A stretch of DNA of 64,000 nt from SAR202 cluster bacterium bin16. Its GTDB lineage: Bacteria; Chloroflexota; Dehalococcoidia; Lucifugimonadales; Australimonadaceae. Every line of letters starts with the position of its first letter. Positions within the stretch are counted from its first letter, which is position 1. The stretch is from contig MPMJ01000007.1 in the NCBI GenBank assembly GCA_002238425.1, positions 11,826-75,825 of the forward strand, read 5' to 3'. This document shows positions 58,362 through 64,000 of the stretch, in pieces. The translations under genes and the position numbers were made by a program. The notes under the pieces were generated by a model that did no database searches, was not told the origin of the DNA, and worked only from the letters and a program-made list of their open reading frames with translations.

Positions 58362-59716
58362 TGGCGGATGCGGATGTGGGGGCTGCCGTTGGAGACCGGC
58401 AGGGGGCTCTGCCCCGCCTTGCCGCAACCGCCGCCCTCGTTCATCTCCAGGTCGCCCGCGATGGCGTCCAGGTTGTGCAGCGTCGTGAACACGTTGCCGG
58501 AGAGCATCACCGGCCTGCACAGCTCCGCAATCTTGCCGTTGCGGATGCGGTACGCCTCTCCCGCGGAGAAGGTGAACATCTCCATGGAGGTCATGCCGCC
58601 GTACCAGTTCTTCACGTACAACCCGTCCTCGACGTCCGCGAACAGATCGTCGACGCTCGACTCGCCAGGAACGATGAACGTGTTGGTCATGCGCACGATG
58701 GGCGCGAAGCGATAGTTCAGCGCCCGCGCGTTTCCGGTGGGCCGCTCGCCGAGCTTCGCCGCCGTCTCCCGCGAGTGCAGCCGCCCCACGAGCACGCCGT
58801 CGCGGATGAGGTCAGTCTCCTGCCCCTGCACGCCCTCGTCGTCGTAGAGGTAGGAACCGCGCAGCGTGGGACGCGGGATGGTCGCGCCATCCTTCACGTT
58901 CAGGTGCTCGCCACCGAACCGCTTGCCGGGCTTCATCAGCTCCTGCAGGCGCGGCTCTGCGTAGATGTGGTCGGCCTCCGACAGGTGGCCGAACGCCTCG
59001 TGGATGAAGACTCCCGCGAGGATGGGGTCGAGGATCACGGTGTACTCGCCGCCCTTCACCTCCGGCGCGTCCAGCAGCGCAACCGCCTTCTGCGCCGCCT
59101 CGCTCGCGCTCTCCTGCAGGTTCATCACGAACTCGAAGTCGCCCAGGCTGCCGAGGCTGATCCCGTACTGCTGCACGTCCGCCCCGTTCCGAGCCTGCGC
59201 GTTCAGGCGCAGGTTCACGTCGACGCGCTCCTGGTCGATGTACGACCCTTCCGAGTTCGCGTACACCATGCGCCGCCGCGCGTCCGTGTAGCCGACACTG
59301 GCCGACTGCACGCCGGGCGTGCCCATCATGACGTCCGCGTACTCGTCCAGCACCTCTTTCTTCTCAGCGAGCGCCATGGCGCTCGGGTCGCGCCCAAGCA
59401 CGGGCGGAACGTGGTCCACCACCGGGGGCGTCTCCGCGAGTTCAACCCGCTCGCCGCCGATGAGGCGCGCCTGCTCGACCGCCTGCCGCACCTTGTACTC
59501 GAGGCTGTCCAGGTCGTTGAACGACGCGAACCCCCAGCCGCCGCCCGCGAGCGCACGGACGTTACCGCCGATCGCGCTCCCACGTCCAATCTCTTCCAGG
59601 TCGCGGGCCCGGTAGCGGATCGTGGAAGACGACGCCTCCTCGACGTGCACCTCCACATACTGCCCGCCCGCGTCTTTCAACGCGGCTTCGATCCGGTCAC
59701 GGATAGCTTCGTCCAT
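58340..59716 (-). CDS. tldD: TldD-family metalloprotease subunit
   Basis: ORF 58340..60070. ATG at 59716 (MDEAIRDRIEAALKDAGGQYVEVHVEE). The HExxxH region is IHEAFGHLSEADH, and the C-terminus contains GGCGKAGQSPLPVSNGSPHIRI. Confidence 0.88.
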   Translation of the reverse strand: MDEAIRDRIEAALKDAGGQYVEVHVEEASSSTIRYRARDLEEIGRGSAIGGNVRALAGGGWGFASFNDLDSLEYKVRQAVEQARLIGGERVELAETPPVVDHVPPVLGRDPSAMALAEKKEVLDEYADVMMGTPGVQSASVGYTDARRRMVYANSEGSYIDQERVDVNLRLNAQARNGADVQQYGISLGSLGDFEFVMNLQESASEAAQKAVALLDAPEVKGGEYTVILDPILAGVFIHEAFGHLSEADHIYAEPRLQELMKPGKRFGGEHLNVKDGATIPRPTLRGSYLYDDEGVQGQETDLIRDGVLVGRLHSRETAAKLGERPTGNARALNYRFAPIVRMTNTFIVPGESSVDDLFADVEDGLYVKNWYGGMTSMEMFTFSAGEAYRIRNGKIAELCRPVMLSGNVFTTLHNLDAIAGDLEMNEGGGCGKAGQSPLPVSNGSPHIRIRQCLIGGA

Positions 59717-59817
59717 GGTGTTGCCTCGCGCGCGGCGTTCCACGCGTTCGCAGTCTACCGAAGCACGACGGCGGCGGGCAACGCCGCGCACTGCCCCGGA
59801 TCCTCTGCGGGAATGCC

Positions 59818-60180
59818 CTACGACGCCAGGGGAACAGCCTTCGAGCGCCTCATGACGCGGTCGCGGGTAAGTAACGGGACGCCGTGCACGATGCTGGTAG
59901 CAGCGATGATCTCGTCCGCCGGGTCGCCTCTGAAGTCGAGGCGCGTCGACGCCTGTGCGACCGCCAGGTCGATCGGCCACACGTGCACCCGGCTCAGCAC
60001 GCGCATCACTTCCCGGTCGTCCAGGTCCAGACCCACGCGGCCCAGTTGCACGAGTTTGGCCAACTCCCACAGCACGATGGCCGAGATTGACCAGTTGTTC
60101 GAAGCCAGCAGGCGCTGCTCTGCGGGCCGGAGCGAGCCGCTGACAGCAAAGACGAGGATGTGAGTATCGAGATTAAGCAT
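59818..60180 (-). CDS. vapC: PIN-domain toxin VapC
   Basis: ORF 59818..60186. LNLDTHILVFA...SAIVLWELAKL...DPADEIIAATS...LLTRD. Overlaps the antitoxin stop. Confidence 0.8.
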   Translation of the reverse strand: MLNLDTHILVFAVSGSLRPAEQRLLASNNWSISAIVLWELAKLVQLGRVGLDLDDREVMRVLSRVHVWPIDLAVAQASTRLDFRGDPADEIIAATSIVHGVPLLTRDRVMRRSKAVPLAS

Positions 60181-60397
60181 CTGCATCCCAGCGGATGCCG
60201 GTCGTGAAGACGTCGCCCGTTACCTCGATCTTGTGCCGCAGGCTCCCGATGAGGTCGGCGTCCTGGGCGTCCTGGCGGTAAGGGACGACGCGCGCGACAG
60301 GCTTGCCGCGCTTCGTGATGACCAGCCCGTCGAGGTCAAGCTGGTCGAGCAGCGCCAGGCACTGCTCCTTGAACTTCGCTGCTCCCATCGTCTTCAT
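60173..60397 (-). CDS. vapB: Phd/YefM-type antitoxin
   Basis: ORF 60173..60418. ATG at 60397 (MKTMGAAKFKEQCLALLDQLDLDGLVITKRGKPVARVVPY). Confidence 0.7.
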   Translation of the reverse strand: MKTMGAAKFKEQCLALLDQLDLDGLVITKRGKPVARVVPYRQDAQDADLIGSLRHKIEVTGDVFTTGIRWDADA

Positions 60398-60535
60398 GAC
60401 CGCACCTCCTTCCCACACATAGACATTTTATATGACTGGTCGTTGAATGTGTCCACTATGAACTCACTCCTCGCCCAGGATGGTTCAGTCCATCGTAGTG
60501 GCAGCCAGGTTCCGCCCACCCCTCGGCGCCCCCCA

Positions 60536-61804
60536 TCACACGCTCCGTACGCCCTCCGGTACCGCCGTTCCCCGCACGACGCCGATGAGCAGCAGCGCCG
60601 CGGCGAGCACCACGCCGGTCACCGCGAGCGTGCCCGGCGCGCCGAAAGCGTCCACCAGCAGGCCGAACGGCAGGATGGCCATGGTGATGAAGGAGCGCAG
60701 CATGAGGTTGATGCTCATCACGCGCCCGTACAACGCCGGGTCCGTCCGCGTGATGATGAGCGTCTGGTTGATGGTGGTGTAGGCCTGGTGCGCGAAGCCC
60801 GTGCAGAACAGCAGCGCGATGCTGAGCGGGTAGTACGGCGACAGCGCGAACCCGGCGAGCGCCACCCCGAAAGCGATGCCGACGATCATCTGCGGCATGC
60901 CGTTCGCGAGCCGTGAGAACGACGCAACGGTCAGCGAGCCGCAGAACCCGCCGAAACCGATCGCCGCGTACATGAACCCCAGCAGCTCCGGCCCGATCTC
61001 CAGCACTTCCTGGAACACCGGCAGCAGGTGGACGTACGGCATGCCGAGTACCAGCATGAGCAGCAGCATCGCGAACAGCAGCCGAAGGAGCGGCGTCGAC
61101 ATCACGTAGCGGAAACCCAGCAGCAGTTCGCCGCGCATCCCGCGACTACGCTGTTGCTCGGCCCGCCCCGACGGGAACGTGAGCGACATCCCCATCGAGA
61201 CCACGTGGAACACCGCAACCGTCGCGAACGCGATGAGCGGGTCTATCCCCAGCAGGATGCCCACGACGCCCGGCGCGGCGACCTGGTTGACGTTCCGCCC
61301 TGCCGCCTGCAGCGCGACGCCGTTCGGGATCAGCCTCCTCGGCAGCAGCAGCGGCACGTAGGACTGGCGCACCGGCATGTTGAACGGCATCGCCGTCCCG
61401 TGCACGAGGGAGAACAGCACGAGGTGCCAGACCTCCACGATCTCCAGGTACAGCAGCACCACGAACATCAGCGCCATCGCCAGCAGCGCGGTCTGGGAGG
61501 CAAGGAGCACCGCACGCTTGGAGAGCCGGTCCGCCGCCACGCCGCCCAGCGGCGACATGAAGAACATGGGGATGCCCTGCGCAAGCGCAACGACTCCAAC
61601 CCAGAACGCGGACCCCGTCAACTCGTAGGCGAGCCACGGACGCGCAACCTGCGTCATCTGGCCCGCTGCGAACGTGAAGAACGTGCCGCCCCACAGCCGC
61701 CGGTACTGCGCGAACCCCAGTGCGGCGAAGGTGCGCGGGGAACGCGCGGAGCCGCCCTGCTCGCCGTCGGAAGACGCGTCTCCGCGCTCCGGTTGCCGCA
61801 TCAC
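60536..61804 (-). CDS. MFS transporter
   Basis: 422 aa. YRRLWGGTFFTFAAGQMTQVA... and GGVAADRLSKRAVL (the loop 2-3 motif), with 12 predicted helices. The GTG/ATG start abuts the upstream stop codon. Confidence 0.85.
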   Translation of the reverse strand: MMRQPERGDASSDGEQGGSARSPRTFAALGFAQYRRLWGGTFFTFAAGQMTQVARPWLAYELTGSAFWVGVVALAQGIPMFFMSPLGGVAADRLSKRAVLLASQTALLAMALMFVVLLYLEIVEVWHLVLFSLVHGTAMPFNMPVRQSYVPLLLPRRLIPNGVALQAAGRNVNQVAAPGVVGILLGIDPLIAFATVAVFHVVSMGMSLTFPSGRAEQQRSRGMRGELLLGFRYVMSTPLLRLLFAMLLLMLVLGMPYVHLLPVFQEVLEIGPELLGFMYAAIGFGGFCGSLTVASFSRLANGMPQMIVGIAFGVALAGFALSPYYPLSIALLFCTGFAHQAYTTINQTLIITRTDPALYGRVMSINLMLRSFITMAILPFGLLVDAFGAPGTLAVTGVVLAAALLLIGVVRGTAVPEGVRSV

Positions 61805-64000
61805 TAAGAGTGCAGCGCCCGGTAGACCTTCTCCGCCGTGACGGGAAGGTCGCGCACGCGAACGCCCACGGCGTCAGCGACGGCGTTCGCTATCGCGGGC
61901 GCGGCCTGCGAGTTGGACTGCTCGCCGATGCCCTTGACCTGGTACGGCCCCCATCCGCCGCCCTGCTCCTCGTCCAGGAGCACAGTGCGCAACTCGGGCA
62001 GATCGGCCGCCGTCGGGATCTTGTAGTCCGCGAACGAGGCCGTGGTGACGCGACCGTCCTCCACCGCCAGCTCCTCCTGCAGCCCGAACCCGATGCCCTG
62101 CACCACCCCGCCGTTGACCTGTCCCTGGTGGCCGATCGGGTTGAGTATCTTGCCGGTGTCGTGCGCCGTCGTGATCGTGAGCAGCTTCACCTGCCCCGTC
62201 TCGCGGTCGACCGCCACCTCGGCGACCTGCGCCGTGAACGCGGTGTACGGATTGCGGGCCGTGTCCTGCACGTCGCCGAGCCCCACGATGGGCGCGCCGG
62301 TGCGTTCCGCCAGCGACGCCCACTCGGTGCTCTCGCCGGTGTCGGTCCGCCGCAGCGCCGGGCCGTCCACTTCCAGCGACTCCTCGGGCCATCCGAGGAT
62401 GTCCGCCGCCAGCTTGAACAGCTCGCCCTTCGCTGCCTGCGCCGCATTCCACACCGCCGCGCTCGCCATCCGCGTCACTCGCGCGCCGCCGATGCCGGAG
62501 TCGAACGACGTGCTCGCCGTGTCCCACACCGCGACGCGCACCCGCTCGATCGGCATGCGCAGTTCGTCCGCGACGATCTGCTGCATGACGGTGTAGGAGC
62601 CCGTGCCCTGCTCGAACACGGACGTATTGACCGTGACCGACCCGTCCGGGTGCAGCGTGACGCCCGCATGCGTCTCGCCACCGGCCTGCACGCGCTCGCC
62701 GATAGCGATGCCCTTGCCGTAAGCGAAACGCTCGTCCGATGGCCTGGGTTCCGCGTAGCCCGCGGCGTCCAGCGCAGCGTTCAGCGTCTCGATGGAGCGC
62801 ACCTGCTCGAACACGGTGCCGAGCGAGTCCTCCTCGCCTTCGACAACGAGGTTCTTGCGACGAAGTTCCGCCGGGTCCATCCCCAGCGCCGCCGCGAGGC
62901 AGTCGATCTGCGACTCCGCCGCGAACATCGCCTGCGGCTCGCCAGGGCCGCGCATGTACCCGCACGGGACGTTGTTCGTGTACACCTGGTGCTCGATGAT
63001 GCGCGTGTTCGCAGCCCGGTACGGCCCTGCCGCCGCGCTCGCGCCGCCGAGGTGTCCGCCCGGCTTGAACCCCGCGTACGCGCCGCTGTCGTACTCCACC
63101 AGCGCCTCGTGCGCGACGATGACCCCGTCGCGTGTCGCGCCCGTGCGCACCGTGATGCGGGAAGCGTGGCGCGGGTTCGCCGACGTGAGGTCCTCCGAGT
63201 AGTCGAAGACGATCTTCACCGGCCTGCCGGTGCGCGTGGAAAGCATCCATGCGGCGGGGATCGCCATCGCGGAGCCCTTGCCGCCGAAGTCACCGCCGAT
63301 GGTGACCGGGTTGAACACCACCTCGGAGGCGTCCAGCCCGATGGCCATCGCGACCATACGCTTGCCCGGGTGCGGCGACTTGTTCCCGGCCCAGACGTCC
63401 ACCTTGCCGGAAGGATGCGCCTGCACGAGGCAGGTGTGCGGCTCCAGGTACGCCTGGTGCTGGCGCGGCGTCGTGAACGTGTTCTCAACGATGACGTCCG
63501 CCTCCGCCATGCCCGCGTCCACGTCGCCCTTCGCCCACTCCCATACGGTGTAGACGTTGGTCGGCTCCGTGAGCTCTTTCGGGTAGCCCTTCACCTGCAT
63601 CATGTCCTCGTGCACGAGCGGCGCGCCTTCGGCCTTCGCCTCGTCCATCGTCAGGACGGCGGGCAACTCCTCGTACTCGACCTCGATGAGGTCGAGCGCA
63701 CGTTGCGCGATGTCCTCGTCGTCCGCTGCCACGGCAGCGACCTGCTCGCCGATGAAGCGCACGACTCCCTGCGCGAGCACCGGGATGTCCAGCACCGCCC
63801 GTCCGTGCCGCGCGCCTTCGTGGATGTCAGCGCCGGTTACGACGGCGTGCACGCCCGGCACCTGTGCTGCGGCAGACGTGTCTATCGAAACGATGCGGGC
63901 GTGGGGGAACGGCGAGCGCAGCGTCTTCCCGAAGAGCGCTCCGTCCAGCTGTACGTCGGCGGTGTAGTTGGCGCGGCCTGTCGTCTTGTCGACGCCATCG
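61804..64000 (-). CDS. xanthine dehydrogenase / aldehyde oxidase family molybdopterin-binding large subunit (5' end outside the window)
   Basis: The ORF frame stays open to base 64000 (DGVDKTTGRANYTADVQLDGALFGKTLRSPFPHARIVSIDTSAAAQVPGVHAV). Contains GGDFGGKG, YMRGPGEPQ, GGARVTR and GIGEQS motifs. Confidence 0.88.
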   Translation of the reverse strand, partial: DGVDKTTGRANYTADVQLDGALFGKTLRSPFPHARIVSIDTSAAAQVPGVHAVVTGADIHEGARHGRAVLDIPVLAQGVVRFIGEQVAAVAADDEDIAQRALDLIEVEYEELPAVLTMDEAKAEGAPLVHEDMMQVKGYPKELTEPTNVYTVWEWAKGDVDAGMAEADVIVENTFTTPRQHQAYLEPHTCLVQAHPSGKVDVWAGNKSPHPGKRMVAMAIGLDASEVVFNPVTIGGDFGGKGSAMAIPAAWMLSTRTGRPVKIVFDYSEDLTSANPRHASRITVRTGATRDGVIVAHEALVEYDSGAYAGFKPGGHLGGASAAAGPYRAANTRIIEHQVYTNNVPCGYMRGPGEPQAMFAAESQIDCLAAALGMDPAELRRKNLVVEGEEDSLGTVFEQVRSIETLNAALDAAGYAEPRPSDERFAYGKGIAIGERVQAGGETHAGVTLHPDGSVTVNTSVFEQGTGSYTVMQQIVADELRMPIERVRVAVWDTASTSFDSGIGGARVTRMASAAVWNAAQAAKGELFKLAADILGWPEESLEVDGPALRRTDTGESTEWASLAERTGAPIVGLGDVQDTARNPYTAFTAQVAEVAVDRETGQVKLLTITTAHDTGKILNPIGHQGQVNGGVVQGIGFGLQEELAVEDGRVTTASFADYKIPTAADLPELRTVLLDEEQGGGWGPYQVKGIGEQSNSQAAPAIANAVADAVGVRVRDLPVTAEKVYRALHS

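Overview
This is a high-GC bacterial chromosomal segment, gene-dense, with about 66 protein genes and 4 tRNAs. I found no rRNA, no CRISPR array, and no integrase or transposase gene. Gene content (UPF0182, F420/LLM oxidoreductase, many amidohydrolase-2, enolase-superfamily and PIN genes) suggests a Chloroflexota-like organism, but that is a low-confidence inference.

Recognisable core functions:
- A split arginine cluster on the minus strand (argJ-argB-[UPF0182]-argD-argG, then argH-rpe further downstream).
- rpsO-pnp and dapA.
- Two ammonium transporters, one paired with a P-II protein.
- A tldD/pmbA operon.
- A block of hydrolase, oxidoreductase and transporter genes at 41-47.5 kb.
- Three VapBC-type toxin-antitoxin pairs and an orphan HicB-like gene.

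Most interesting signals:
1. An OsmC-family gene has an in-frame TGA exactly at the catalytic-Cys column, followed by a SECIS-like hairpin. It is a candidate selenoprotein.
2. A ~110-120 nt MITE-like element with terminal inverted repeats occurs in 2 full copies and 1 truncated copy. Several families of short hairpin repeats are also combined mosaically in intergenic regions.
3. Four anomalous G/C-only low-complexity tracts are present. One is a ~75 nt near-pure C tract in a divergent promoter region. One frameshifts an MFS gene. Two are in-frame insertions, in pmbA and in a NurA-like gene. They are either real slippage or G4-forming elements, or data artefacts.
4. An orphan promoter plus terminator brackets ~120 nt next to tRNA-Trp, a candidate sRNA.
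5. An FKBP lipoprotein appears to start at a non-canonical ATT codon overlapping the rpe stop.
6. A low-GC islet carries a TIGR02391/Ymh-type gene.

All coordinates for alternative starts were checked for frame against the supplied ORF track. Nothing was searched against databases.
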